Shown here: positions 27,487 to 42,215 of the stretch, one piece after another
Numbering within the stretch: position 1 is the first letter of the stretch
How the letters are laid out: every line of letters starts with the position of its first letter
Assembly: GCA_964016885.1 (NCBI GenBank)
Contig: OZ024746.1
Span: 79,608,001 to 79,672,000 of the forward strand
DNA from: Eledone cirrhosa
Lineage: Eukaryota
DNA length: 64,000 nt
Reading direction: 5' to 3'
Program-made: the position numbers and the translations under genes
Notes under the pieces: model-generated
The model's database searches: none
Told to the model about the DNA's origin: nothing
The model's input: the letters and a program-made list of their open reading frames with translations, nothing else

Positions 27487-28480
27487 AATATAAATTATCG
27501 AGAATCGCATTTCGGCCCACGAAATAACGAAAAACAACCTCCGAGATGTGTGGCAAGTGCTCAATGATTCAGATGAACCAGAGCTATAACAAACGTTAAA
27601 GGCCAAACACACTGATATATACATATTCGTAGTTTATGAGTTCTTTCGCCACAGTTGACATCACTATACTTTTGTTTATATTATTTCATATTATAAGGCA
27701 TCGGGTTGGCTAGAATGTGTAACCAAATCTCTCAAACCACATCCTACGATCTTTCAAACAGTGTTGGCTAGAAATAGTTCTATATACATTATGGCTGAAA
27801 ATCAAAAATCACCCCTGATAGTTATGGTTACAATGGCTTCGATAACAGGTCTGCTCTACCAGAAGAGAACTTTATTTAACAGCTTAATCAAGAAGGGTAG
27901 ACCAGCTCTCACGATTCTTTATTTTCCAGGCTTCTGTCAGAGACTAGAATGCCTGCATGGTTGCATTGGAGTGAAATCTCCCCCAAATCACAATGTACCA
28001 GGTGGCTGCATTAAACTAGGAGGCGCTTTATGTATACCACCAAAGAACTTGTAACAGGAAAAGCCGAAATAAATACCGCAATGCATCTCATCGAATATTC
28101 TAACACTCCTGCTAATCCACTCTTCCGGACAGGTTCTTTATTTTCTCTAAACAGAATGGATGAACGGCAAAAATTAACTCGGTGAGATTTGAAATCAGAG
28201 AGGAGAGAGTCGGAACATATACGTTCTGATGACTCTGCCAATTGGATACAAAACCAGAACGCTATTAAATATTTTGCTCCTGTATTAAATCATCACCGCT
28301 AGTATTCATATTAATCCAATTACGAATTATAGAGACATTTATAATTGTTGACTTGATGGCCGATGTCAAACTCACCGGAAATTACGTAAATGATTTCATT
28401 CGAAAGCGATGTTTCTTTTTCCGCGATGCTTACAGATCCTTCACTGATATACATCAGCGAATGTATATAGACATGCATAT

Positions 28481-28559
<79 letters not shown>

Positions 28560-28594
28560 GTATATATATCTATATATGTATATATATATGTATA

Positions 28595-28675
<81 letters not shown>

Positions 28676-28718
28676 GGATGGACATCGATGAATTAATACC
28701 AATGATTTTCGTAAATCT

Positions 28719-28811
<93 letters not shown>

Positions 28812-31754
28812 CTTTTACAGTTTCAGTTACTGGAATGCAATCATGGTCTGGTATCGTTTTGTAGAGTGTTAAGCTAATTATATCGGCTGTAGTACTTATT
28901 TCAATTCGGTGCAGGTTGAACCTCTTAAATTCGATACTTCATGGTCTAGCACGTTTTCAATCTCCCATAATTAGTTTGATTATCTGCGAACGGGTCAGTG
29001 CTGTCAGCTGTACTAAGCCGCGAAACATTATTTACTGCAGCGAAGTGTTTTTGTGATATAGTCCTGTTCATTTTCCATATTTTTCTGGGGCCCTATTTAA
29101 CGATGTTTTCCCGGTGAGCCCTGAAAACTGATCCCTGATCTCGATCAGGCGAACGAAAACAAACTGAGAGAGTAACAGTCTCATACGCAAGAAAAAGAAA
29201 AGAAGATATTTAGCTGTGTTTTGATCCTTCTTGATACCATCTAAGATAGTAAGAATTATAAATGATAGTGCTAGTGCTAATAAGCTTATGTATAATTTGT
29301 TATCTAATCTTGAAAACGTAGAGCTGTTAAATAAATTAGATAAAGAGACGTTTGTAAAGAAATTGAGTACTATGTGATATCATATACGTAATTGGCTTCC
29401 GCACAGTTTCTGTGTATCACATTCTACTCAGAAGACACTTACACAAGTTGTAGTACAGATTGAAGATCTGTGGATTATATCTTTTAGAGATTATGAAAAG
29501 TTCCTACAAGGTGACCCCAACGGAAGAACCCCTACCATTAAAATAACATGCAGAAGACTTAGAGTAGAAAATGTAAAGTGGTTGAGAATTTATCGTTACA
29601 ATCTAGAGTTATATAATTTAGTGTGTCTACTTTTTTAAAGACGATAGTGTGTCATTTGATGGATATTTAGTATCCATTTCTAACAAAGGAATCGTTTGTA
29701 TAGAAGTCTAACAGGAATCATAAATGAACGTGAGATAAATTTTTTCATGGTTTCCACACCATGATGCCGAGAAGGCTTTTTTTTTTAATCTAATGTGTTA
29801 TTGCACCTCCTGAATCGAATTTATGAATCTCTGTAACTATTTCACATAAAAATTCAAATCCATTGAGACTGGTAATGTTTTAATGAAATCAAATTTGTTA
29901 AAACGAACTTGGATCACCGCCATAAAGATTCAAACTAAATGATGTAATACGTGAATTGGTTCAATAAACTCATTTGTTGTTGAACCCTGCAGCGTAGATG
30001 TATTTTATACAGCCATCAATATCTGTGATTATATTGATTTCCAAAAGAATCTTCTTTCATTTGTGCTACTATTTCTCTTGAGAAAAGCATTTCATCTCCA
30101 CCATAAACACCGCAAACAGGTAGTCTTAACGCGAACGAAAGTGTCTGTACGCAGTCACACAACCAGCTAGAAATGACAGCTAAATCATTTTAAATCAGTA
30201 CCTACGATATTATAAAAGGAATGACAATTAGACAATGATATAATCATAGAGTATCTAGAATATCTCTGCTTATAGGTCTGGTGGAATAGGACTAAACAAC
30301 AACCGTCAGTCTCGTGTCATATAAAAACGTCTCATTGCAATATATTGCAATATATTTCTTTTCAAATGATCAGAAATGATAGGATTCACGCTCCTAAATA
30401 AGTAAGACGCATAAATAGTATAATTAATTATTTTCAAGGTTGAATCTTACGTTTGTTCAAGACACTGGTAAGAATTACGTTGCTGATTAAAATAATTTGT
30501 GAATTCTGCTACACCCAGCTACATCAATCTAACCAATCGTCTTGATGCATAAGCTCATGAGCTCACAAATATTGCTTCCGCTCGTATAAGCCAAAGAACA
30601 TGTGAAGGCTATGGAACCTGCCCTTTTCTCTAGGCCTTCCAAATAACAATAAAAATAAACCTAATTGAAAAGAATTCTTCAATGTGCTTATTTGTGAAAG
30701 AAAACTATTTTGATACATATTACTTTTTCAAGTACAAAATAAATATTTTCTAAAAGCAGACTTTTCTTGAAAACCAGTGTCTACTCTGATTTCTAGACAC
30801 GAAGCGTATAAGCTGCTACACCATGGTTAAAACATCATAGCTAGTATTTCCTCCTGAACAAGTACATATTACAGTCAGCTAGATTAATCAAGGTAAAGTA
30901 GACTAGGATGTTCTTCCTAGCAACAAAAAAGCTTGTCTATATCTTCTCCATATTGCATTCTTACCTTAACACGTTAAATATAGATTATAACAAACTGCTT
31001 TCTAGTCTAGAAAATATATGACATAATTCTCTCTTTCTTTCCTTTTTATCGTATAAGCATATGGAAAAACGATACAAGTTTTTAACTAAATACACTAACA
31101 AATCCTCAGTGTAACGGAAGGTGAAGATAATTTACTAACCCTTGTTAATTTATGTGGAAAGGCTGAATATGATTCCAAAATATGACTCATTAATAATGAA
31201 TTTGTAATATTAAATTAAGATGGTTTATAGAACGAGTGAAGATTAGTTGGATGTTAAATTCTCATCGTAAGATTTACAACCAAGTGGAAACCAGATCTGG
31301 CATTAAAAACCTTCAGCATGTATATTTAATTTACGTATATATTTCTGTGCGGATTTCGGTGGGTTAATAAATATGCTTCACTTGCGAAAAGATTTCGTAT
31401 GTAACTAAATCTGTCTACTTATAATTAGCGTCTTGCATTGCTTTCAAATACACCATATTTATTACAGTAAGGAGTCATTGCGAACGAGTGTTTTGACGGT
31501 TTAAATTTGATACTGCTACTACTAAGCAAAGATTACAATCTTTATTAAATAATCACAGAACTAATGGTGTACAAAGTTTCATGTTCGCAAGTTCAGATTT
31601 ATCTGATATGATAATGATAATAATAATAATAGTAATAATGATGGGACTGATTGTGATGATGATGGTGGTGGTGGTGGGCGTGGTTATGGGAGAGGAATGA
31701 TGATGCGCATGATCATGATCATGATAATACTACTAATAATAATGATAATAATAA

Positions 31755-31945
31755 TAATTGTTTCTACTTTTGTCACAAGGCCAGCAAATTACCTAGTACA
31801 TTACTGGTACATTATTTTATCGACCCCGTAAGGATGAAAGGCAAAGTTAACCTTGGCGGGATTTGAACTCAGAGCTAAAAGGGCCGTAACTCTTTGCTGC
31901 AAAGCATGGCGTCCGACCCTCTACCGATACTGCCAATCCACCGCC
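31755..31945 (-). mobile_element. SINE family 1
   Basis: Full consensus match within (AAT)n. Confidence 0.9.
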
Positions 31946-31951
31946 TTATTG

Positions 31952-31982
<31 letters not shown>

Positions 31983-32584
31983 CAATAATTTCTTTATTTG
32001 CCACAAGGGAGAAGATGATGGGCAAATTACAAAAAATGGTGATGGCTGGTTTACTTAGAATCAAATATGAGAAAACAAGCATGAAAAACAACAGTATAGA
32101 TGAAAATGGAGTAAATAGGGGGACAAGCATGGAAGTCAAACAGCATCGGATTACCCTTGCAGCTATGTGTGAACTTAAGCAAAAAGCATGCAGGAGACTG
32201 ACAGCTATCATGAAGAACCTAGCTGCATGGATGGCCTTAATTGTACGGTATGCCGAAAGCACATGCCTACTTTATTTACTATAATAATGAAGCAGTGAAT
32301 ATGCAGGGCTTAATGTTTTGGGGCGTTCGGCGCATTCTGTCCTTAAGCAAGAGACTTTATTTTTAGTCCCAGTCCACTCGGCTGTCAAAAATGAATTGTA
32401 CCTGCAATTCAACTGGTCAGTCTTGTCACAGACTGTTTCGCTTAATCTCCCTGACATCTACATTAGACGTGTATGTGTCTGTAGAATGCTCAACATTTTT
32501 TTTGTTAATTTCACGAGCAATATGTTCCGTTGTTTGAACCACGGGAACACTTGTCCCCGGAACCGATGTATGTCTAACAATAAT

Positions 32585-32768
32585 TAATTGTTTCTACTTT
32601 AGGCACAAGGCCAGCAATTACCCAGTGCATTACTGGTACTTTATTTTATCGACCCCGTAAGGATGAAAGGCAAAGTCAACCTCGGCGGGATTTGAACTCA
32701 GATCGTAAAGGGACGTAACTATGCTGGAAAGCATGGCGTCCGACCCTCTACCGATACTGCCAATCCAC
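32585..32768 (-). mobile_element. SINE family 1
   Basis: Full consensus match. Confidence 0.9.
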
Positions 32769-33204
32769 CTTGAAGAGCAGATGGACAGGAGTGCCATGAA
32801 ACTCTAAATAGCTGCTAGTAAAGACCATATCACAGTTGTATTAGCTGAATATGATTACACACCGTAGAGAATCTAGAGTCCTTCATGGATCGGCTAAGGC
32901 TGGAAATACCCAGGAGCAATTTTAGAAAAAAGATGCAGTTTTCAGAAGTTGGGTGGTGGGAGTTGTGGAGTGCCCTGATTCTATGCTTTGTATTTATTTT
33001 ATGTAAAAATAAAGAACAATAATTGTATTGTTTCTTATCAGTTTATAGTATATATGTACAACCCATACTTTTAGTAACTCCTTTGTATAACATATCCTGA
33101 ATTGTTTATATGGGCCCTTGTCATGAATAAAGACAGGACTATTATTTGACAGGATCGTTAGAACTTCGTACAAAATTCCTTTCAGTGTTTAATTACACTT
33201 CTCC

Positions 33205-33537
33205 ACATTCTAAGTTCAAATCTAGCTGAGGTCAACTTTGCGTTATGTCTTTCCAGTCCCGATAAAATAAGGTAGCATCAAGTACTAGAGTTGATTCAAG
33301 CGACTTTCTCCTGCCATCGAAATTGCTGATCTTGTTCCTAAATTAGAAGTCATTTGGCACTATCGGTAGAGGGTCGGACGCCATGTTTTGCAGCAAAGAG
33401 TTACGGCCCTTTATGCTCTGAGTTCAAATCCCGCCGAGGTTAACTTTGCCTTTCATCCTTACGGGGTCGATAAAATAAATAACCAGTAATACACTGGGAT
33501 AATTGCTGGCCTTGTGCCAAAAGTTGAAACAATTATT
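33205..33537 (+). mobile_element. Diverged SINE followed by a young SINE family 1 copy
   Basis: 33205-33350 is diverged; 33355-33537 matches the consensus. Confidence 0.85.
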
Positions 33538-34002
33538 ATAATTGGTCTCCTTAATTTTACATATAGGCTATATTTTCATACACAGGAGTTATTACCTTTT
33601 TTTTGTTTTGTTTTTTGTTAGAACATCTAGTCGGTCTTAGCTTTTTTAAATGATTGTGGCGCGGTTAGGTTAAACATTTTAATCCCAAGTGAGATATTTT
33701 GCATTGATAATTGGACTTTTGGGGGAAAAAAAGAAGTTTGTTTCTCCAGTGAGTGGAACGGTGTTACTTGGAGCATAAAATAACTTTAGTGCAATTCTCA
33801 ATAAAATGACTTTAATGGCCTTGATCCCTGTCTGCGTGTGTTGGCATATCCCTCAGTATAGTTGCCCTGTCATTTTCTTACACCTTTTCTGTTGTATTTT
33901 TATACTAACTTTTTCTGTTGGTATTTTATAATGTTGGCATAACTTTCAGTGCTTCTAAATCCTAATTGTATCATGTCTGTGGATATATATATATATATAT
34001 AT

Positions 34003-34149
34003 AGAAGTGGTTACACAACAGTTAGTTCACCATACCGAGAACAATTGTTACACCTTAGCGGATCCTCAGCTCATAACGGGCATGGTCATACATCCCATGG
34101 ACTGAGTGCTCTACCACTACGGATATTACCTTCCACTGTTCTACCACTA
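34003..34149 (-). mobile_element. PLE pLTR fragment (same family as 20645-20940) with inverted tail segment
   Basis: 34003-34090 matches 20713-20800. 34096-34149 is the reverse complement of 20646-20699. Flanked by (TA)n. Confidence 0.85.
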
Positions 34150-34424
34150 TATATATATATATATTATTAAGACTTGGCAACCAGACATAACGTATCTAAT
34201 TGTTTCTTCCCAAAATCCATATATTCTTCAGTTACTAATTATGTTTCTGGTGGGAAGGCTTTGAAGTGGTGCTGCAATTAAGAATCCTTCAGTCTCATCT
34301 TTTCGTCCTGTTTCTCATAGCAAGTTTTGTCTATTTTGCTTCTCCTTTTCTTCCGTATTTAACTGTTTCAGCTATTGGCCATATAAGTGTTTTTTCTTGC
34401 TATTGTTTTAGCAAGATCTATTTT

Positions 34425-34593
34425 CAATTTAAATTTAAATTTAAATTTAAATTTAAATTTAAATTCTTCTTCTTCTTCTTCTTCTTCTTCTTCTTCTTCT
34501 TCTTCTTCTTCTTCTTCTTCTTCTTCTTCTTCTTCTTCTTCTTCTTCTTCTTCTTCTTCCTCCTCCTCCTCCTCCTCCTCCTCCTCCTCCTCC
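34425..34593. repeat. Compound (AAATTT)n-(TTC)n-(TCC)n microsatellite
   Basis: Direct reading. Confidence 0.95.
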
Positions 34594-34681
34594 TAAATAT
34601 CTGCTCAGGAGAGATTGATTCCATGTGGAATTTGAGTCAGACTAAATAAGGAACTTACTGGTCACATATCTTAATATATAA

Positions 34682-34842
34682 CTGTTTCTACTTTTGGCAC
34701 AAGGCCAGCAAGTATTACAGTGCATTACTGGTACTTTATTTTATCGACCCCGTAAGGATGAAAGGAAAAGCTAACCTCGGCGGGATTTGAACTCAGGACG
34801 TAAAGGGCCATAAATCTATGCAGAAAAGCAAGGCGTCCGACA
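34682..34842 (-). mobile_element. SINE family 1, 5'-truncated
   Basis: Tail, central domain and B-box present. Confidence 0.85.
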
Positions 34843-35771
34843 TATATAATGTCTTATATGTATATGTGTGTGTGTGTGTAATATATGCTCCTTAAGTTAA
34901 TCAGATACTTCTCTTGGTTTTGTCATTTGACTTTTGTGCGTGTCTATGCAATTGTCCGTGCGTATGTGTGTGTGTGTGAGTGTGTGTGTGAGCGTGTGTG
35001 TGTTTCAGGGGGATGTGAGAAGTGTGTGTGTGTGTGTGTCTTTGTGTGTGTTAGAATGTGTATATGTAAGTGATGGATATATGCAGCATGGTAATTTTCA
35101 TGCGTTATGCCAAAAAAGCATTAGTAATCTTAATTCAACTAAATAAGTTTCAATTGAGTATCGAAACCTTCAGTAAAGATTTTAACATTATCGCAGTTCA
35201 TACCTTACACATGTAATGTAATCATCGATGCTCTACAAGAATAAAAGAAAGGATAGAGAGTTGTAGACGGGAAGAACTAGAGAAGCTAGAAATACACAGA
35301 GAAAATGTGTTTGGTAAGGCGTTCTGTAATTTGTTGTTTCCTAGTTGGGAATTAAAGGTTCGTTGAATCTGGTTAATTGATTAGCAATCTCTGGCGAAGA
35401 GGAATGATAGCAAGAAGAATTGTTAGGATCAGGAATATGGAATCAAAGAACTTAAATAAAGTTAAATTGAAACGAAAATCTAAAATGAAATAAATAACAA
35501 ACAAGAGTTGTTTTTTTAAATATCAACTACAATAACAACAAAAATGACAACAAAAATAGCAACATTAGTGGTAAAACAGAAATAAAAGCAAAAATAAATT
35601 GAAAATAGATGAATAAATAAATAATTAAACAAAAATAATTATCCTCCTTTCCCTAAAGATTTAGAAAACAGTAACATCATCATCAACAATAATAAACAAT
35701 AATGACATTAAAAGACTTTGGCAGAGGCAAACAACAATCAGAACTGCAGCAGCAGCAGTAGCAGCGGTCAC

Positions 35772-35837
<66 letters not shown>

Positions 35838-36125
35838 GGTAGTAGTAGTAGATTTTTTTTTAGAATTACACAAGAAAGTAACAATAAACAAAAAAATAGG
35901 TGAAAACAGCAATAACAAGGAAGGATTCGTGATGATGGGTGAGGGCATAGAAAAAAGGTGGCACCACCACCACCACCACCAACAACAACAATAACAGCAA
36001 CAATATAAAAATTACTACTCACAATTTCAACCAATAGCAAATAATAGCAACAACTGGCACCGGAACAATTTCCGCAACTGTAACAACAAACACCACAACA
36101 ACATCACAACAACATCATTATTATG

Positions 36126-36258
<133 letters not shown>

Positions 36259-36323
36259 TATGTGTATGTGTGTGTGTGTGTGAGTATGTATGTGTGTGTA
36301 TATATACATATATACATTTATAT

Positions 36324-36417
<94 letters not shown>

Positions 36418-36569
36418 ATGTATATACATTTTTTTTTTTTCAAAATTTCAAATTTCAAAATAACGAAAACACAAACAGTAAACAACAAACTAAACATCAA
36501 CCAAAGCAATAAAATACATCGCTTACAACAATGTTAACAGCAACATCATCTACAAACGGCACCAAATAA

Positions 36570-36903
36570 CACCAGCACCATTACTGCCACTACCACCACT
36601 ACCACCAACACCCTTATCACCATTACCACCAGCACCATTACTGCCACTACCACCACTACCACCAACACCATTATCACCATTACCACCAGCACCATTACTG
36701 CCACTACCACCACTACCACCAACACCATTATCACCATTACCACCAGCACCATTACTGCCACTACCACCACTACCACCAACACCATTATCACCATTACCAC
36801 CAGCACCATTACTGCCACTACCACCACCACCATTACCGCCACTACAACCAACACCATTACCACCACTACCACCAACACCATTACCACCACTACCACCACC
36901 ACC
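36570..36903. repeat. (ACC)n-derived 51-bp minisatellite, about 4.5 units
   Basis: CACCAGCACCATTACTGCCACTACCACCACTACCACCAACACCATTATCACCATTAC repeated. Confidence 0.9.
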
Positions 36904-37774
36904 AAATAACAACTATAACAACATTAACAACAACAAAATAATAATAACAGATTATATTAACGAATAGCTAGAAAAATAAGAACAACAGCAATAATAGAAT
37001 AGAAGTAGAAGAGACAGAAAAAGACCTTTTAATGTAACCGAAGATAGCATGCGAGATGGCGGCTTAAAAGACCAACACTTCACAGTGGTTAGAAAAGATT
37101 TTTGTTTCAATTCAGTTCAATCGGAACGCATGCGAATAAATTGATGGCATGGAATTCGCATGTTATCGATTTCAATGACGTCCAAGGGAGCGATCGATCT
37201 ATCAAATGAACACACCACAAGCTGTTCTGTCAACCGACATTTTGCTTTTTTTTGTGTTTGTTTTTTTTTTTAACCTTTAACATCTCATCCACTTTAAGCT
37301 ATTTGTTTCCAGGTTCCTTGTTTTTATGTTTGTTTGCTATTTATCTTTCACTTTCTATTTTTTAAACTTTTATTTCGTCTTTCCGTTTCTTTGTCTCATC
37401 ATTGCCTTTAACTCTCTACCCTTGCTTGCTACAGTGATTGGCCTCAATACTCATCGCTCCCCCCCCCTTTCTCCTCTCTCTCTCTCTCTCTCTCTCGGTA
37501 TATATATATATATACTCATCTTCTCTCTCACTCTGTTTTCTCTGCTTCTATCTCTCTCTATCTCGCTGCCTATATATATATATATATATATTCTCCTCTC
37601 CGACTCACATATTCACTCAAATTCATCCTCTCCTTCTCTTAATGATTGGTACCCTGACATCCCAAAAATCAAATCTGTTTCGCTTTGTTGTGTTGTCATT
37701 TGATTTCTGTGTCGGTCTATGTATTTCTCACTCCCTCTCTCCCTCTCTTTCCCCTTGTCTCTCCTCACTCTCTC

Positions 37775-37812
<38 letters not shown>

Positions 37813-38194
37813 GTGTATGTGTGTTTGCACGGGTTTAGTGTGTGTGTGTGGCTTTTAGTTTAATTTCAATTTCTCTGCAGAATTCATTACATTTGGTACT
37901 TGAACATATGCTCTTTTTTTCTTTTTCTTTAATTTTCTATCTTTTTCATCTTCTCTCTTTTTCTTCCTCCTGCTCTCTCTCATTTCTTCTTCTCTCTTAC
38001 TCATTTCCATCCTTTCATCTCACCCTTTCTTTCCACCATTTTGTCTCCCATTTTCGAAAAGTTTTAATTTTCCTTTTTTCTTCATGTTTTTCTATTTTCC
38101 CTTTCTCTTCTCTTGAAGAGTCAATGAAATCGACTGCAAGACCCCTTTTGAAAATACCTGACCTTGTGCCCAGAAATCACTATTATCTTCTACA

Positions 38195-38395
38195 ATGGCG
38201 ATAGTTTGGCTCAACCGTTAGAGCGCCGGGAAAAATTGCCTTGTCGAATTTTGTTCCTGCTCTATATTCCAAGGTTCAAAATCCGTCGAGGTCAATTTTC
38301 CTTTTCTTCCTTCCCGGGTCGATAAAATATATTACTAATCAAATACTGTTCCCTTCATCCTAAAATTCTGGCTTGACCTTGCGTTTATGTTAGAA
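38195..38395 (+). mobile_element. Old diverged SINE related to family 1
   Basis: GGTTCAAAATCCGTCGAGGTCAATTTTCCTTTTCTTCCTTCCCGGGTCGATAAAATA. Confidence 0.65.
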
Positions 38396-38859
38396 ATTTA
38401 AGGAGTTGGATTGATAAAATCTTTAGAACGTCGGAAAATACCTTGAATTAATTGTTTCTTTCTACTTGGTCGCTCAAAAATCCCTAGAGCATTTTAGAAT
38501 ATAATGAATTTTTTACATTTTGAAATGGTCTAGTGACTTTTGGGCTACCCTGTATTTCCTCGATTCAAATCTCCCCGCATTCAAGTTTGCTGTGTTTGTC
38601 ACTTAGTGACACACTGATTCGGCTGGAGAATTACATTAAAGATACAATGGATGTTGAAAATGTTATTTATGGAATATATCCTGTAAATACAGATTAATAG
38701 AAAAAGTGAAAAAGAAAATCTAGATTGAGAAGAATGGAATGTAAAATAGGAAAATATAAAGTAAAAAGAGAAAAAGGGAAAGGGAGGGAATGGCAAGGAC
38801 TCTTGTGTCACAGAAGAATGGGGAGGGGAAGGGGAGGATGATTGGGCCCTTGGTCTAGG

Positions 38860-39062
38860 GTGCGATGGTAAAGGGGTTGCGCATCACAAACAATGGCAAG
38901 CGACTCGCTGCAATAGCCACTCCACCTCACGGGGCCCCTTCCTCAGACGGGCCGGCGACGGTACGATATTGAGGAGGACTTCGACTGTACGGGGTCCAAA
39001 TACACCTGAGGTCTCGATGGCGACCGGTGCGAAGAGGAAACGGTCGGACATGAAATGTTTGG
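38860..39062 (-). mobile_element. CRE-clade-like LINE C-terminal relic
   Basis: FLFAPVAIETSGVFGP..GPREVEWLLQRVA; homologous to 42030-42200. Confidence 0.65.
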
Positions 39063-39556
39063 CGAAAGAGAGGAAGAGAGAGAGATAGGGCATAGGAAGA
39101 CATACAAATATACACGCATGCAAACATACATACACAGAGACATCATACATACAGACGGATAGACAGGCAAATAGAAAGATAGACAGGCTTTTCAAACTGA
39201 TGACTTGGTGCTCATGTAACAGAATGAACCCCACTAACTGCACAGAAAGAACAATGGTGGTGTTTAAAAAAATGACTGATGGTTAAAACTATAGAGCTAC
39301 ATTCTTAACCATACAGCCATTTTGCGTGTTTCATATTTTATCAAATCCGTCATCATCCGACGTTGTTTAACCGTGACTTAATTAATAAAGCCTAATCTGA
39401 TCACTTTGAATATGAATTACAAAGTTAGTGAAATGTAATCCTCCTTAAATTCCTAGACTAATGATAGAAACATTAATCTTTTTTCTAGTGTTTCACTTTA
39501 TGATATATATATAGTTACATACATACACACACACGCTTGCACACACACACACAAAC

Positions 39557-39657
<101 letters not shown>

Positions 39658-39677
39658 TATATATATATATATGTATA

Positions 39678-39749
<72 letters not shown>

Positions 39750-39858
39750 TATATGTGTGTGGGTGCGTTTATATATATATGTATATATATATATATATAA
39801 ATATATATAAATATATATATAAATTATAAATTAAGAACATATACTAAATAAAATTATG

Positions 39859-39945
<87 letters not shown>

Positions 39946-40592
39946 TCTTAATTTACCAGGGTCCCGAATTGACATCAATAGCGTAAATAATTCGGATAGT
40001 TGAATCCGGGGGCACGGGGATTAGGTGCTTATTAATAGCTTTTTTGGTGAATTCTATATTAAAAAACTATATGATATACATAAATTACTTGCTTGATTTT
40101 GTCGCACAGTTGGTTTTGGAAAATTGAGACGAGAAGGGGGGAGGGGTTGGGGGCGGGGATTGATAAGTAACTAGAGTGAAAGAACAGACGGCGTGGAAAG
40201 CATGCGCAAAAGGTTATTAAAAACAGGAAATGTGGATTAATTCTCTCCCCAACCCCACTCAATCTCTCATGCTCTCAAATTCCCTCTGTCTCTTTCTTTC
40301 TTGTGTATGTGTAAGTGGCTGTATTTATACATGTATGTATATATAGATGTATGCATATATGTGTGTATATGAGTAACTGTCAGTATGCATGTAATTATGT
40401 ATGTGGGTGAGTGAAGATTAAACTATTTTGTGAAGATTAAACTATTTGTAACTATGTATGTATATATGTATGTATTTATGTAATCGTTATGTATGTATTC
40501 GTTATGTATGTATGTATGTATGTATGTATGTATATATGCATTTGTAAATAAATATCAATGGATTTAGAGAAAGGCTGTAAATATGTGTGTCA

Positions 40593-40678
<86 letters not shown>

Positions 40679-40821
40679 CGTGTGTGTGTGTGTATGTGTC
40701 TATGTGTGTGCTTGTATTTGTTTATAACTGGGTCTAAGTGAATTTAAATGATTCCAGATGTGTGCATATATCTATATCTATATACGTATCTAATTATATA
40801 TATATATATATATATATACGC

Positions 40822-40904
<83 letters not shown>

Positions 40905-41599
40905 TACGCGCGTGAGTATATGTGTGTAGGTGGACGTGCATATCGGTATGTTCTCGTGTATATACGAATTTTTGTATATGTAGCTATGTTTAAGTAAACA
41001 TAATTGGGTTTAGATATGTGTAGGATTATGTTAGATGTGGTAGGGGAGATCATATCGAATGGCGTAAAAGAATTTCATAAAAATATAACGAAAAAATATA
41101 TTATAGTCATAGACGGGTTAAAGAACCAAGTTGAATGCTTTCAGTTTATAAACTGTCTACACGTCTAATTAATTGACTTAATCGCTTTGTACTCAAATAG
41201 TGGAATGCATATTTAACCACTTCATAAATGTTCATATTGGTAAATGTAAAATATAAAGTAATCGTAATAGCTTTCAAATTTGGTTCAAGACACAACTGCA
41301 ATATTTTATGTGTGTTTAATCGTTCTCAGTTCTTGAATGCTATTTTATTAAAAGCAAAATCGAACTTGAGGGAATTTGAATTCCAAACATAGACACCCAG
41401 AAGAAATACTATACGATATTGTGTTCGATGCTTTAACGATTGTGCGAAACCCGTCACTTTTGATCTTGTTCACGTCTTTACAGACACTATTATCAGAGTT
41501 ACATATTAGATAGAAACTACTTTCCTTTCCCAGCCAAAGGAATGATGTTGGTTGATCTTCGCGACGGTCTCGATGTGAAGAACTGTAACAACAACAATA

Positions 41600-42215
41600 T
41601 TAGCTCAAGGACAACATTGTAACATGGTTTCAGACGGGCTGGTACACCGGTTAAAGCTGTACCATCTGGCATGTTTCCGCTCGGCTTCCCAGCCCTACAG
41701 TGGTGCTTGGCTTAACGCAGTTCCATCACTCGCGAATGGCACACTCAGATGGACAGGGGACTGCTTGCGCATTGGTGTTTCCATGAGGCTCGGTATCCGC
41801 GTCTGTGAACCTCACAAATACCACTGTGGTTCCAATGTGGATCCTTTCGGCCTCCACCGACATTCTTCCAGTTCTACGGGGGTTGGTCCCTCATCTGGGA
41901 TGCCACATGCTGTGACAGTTACTCAAGTGGCAAACTGGTGCATTCGGCTATCAGCCCAGGCTCTGCTGCCCGCCAAGCGGAAGAGGGAAATTGTCCATGT
42001 ATCGGCCGCTCTCGGATAAGGCTGTGGTAGAGCCTGTAGCAGTAGAGACTTCCGGCGTTATTGAACCCCGGACTGCATCTCTACACGCAGCTATCTGGGC
42101 GGAGTTGGCAGCTCGTAGGTGCGAGCCTCATGAGTTGGAGTAGCTGTTTCAGCGTGTCTCCCTCGCCGTCCTCCGAGGTAATGCCTTTTACATCCTGTCA
42201 GCCGGGACCTGGAAG
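41600..42215 (+). mobile_element. CRE-clade-like RLE non-LTR retrotransposon C-terminal relic
   Basis: SASQPYSGAWLNAVPS..LRIGVSMRLG..C..H..CG..VDPFGLH, then EPVAVETSGVI..EPHELE*LFQRVSLAVLRGNA. Frameshifted. Confidence 0.75.

Noticed and set aside
36550-36912. Gly/Ser/Asn repeat ORF
   Set aside because: It is a 51-bp (ACC)n-derived minisatellite with no splice or start support.
38455-38554. Possible Tc1/mariner terminus (...GGCTACCCTGTA)
   Set aside because: Only one end is visible, with no partner TIR or transposase.
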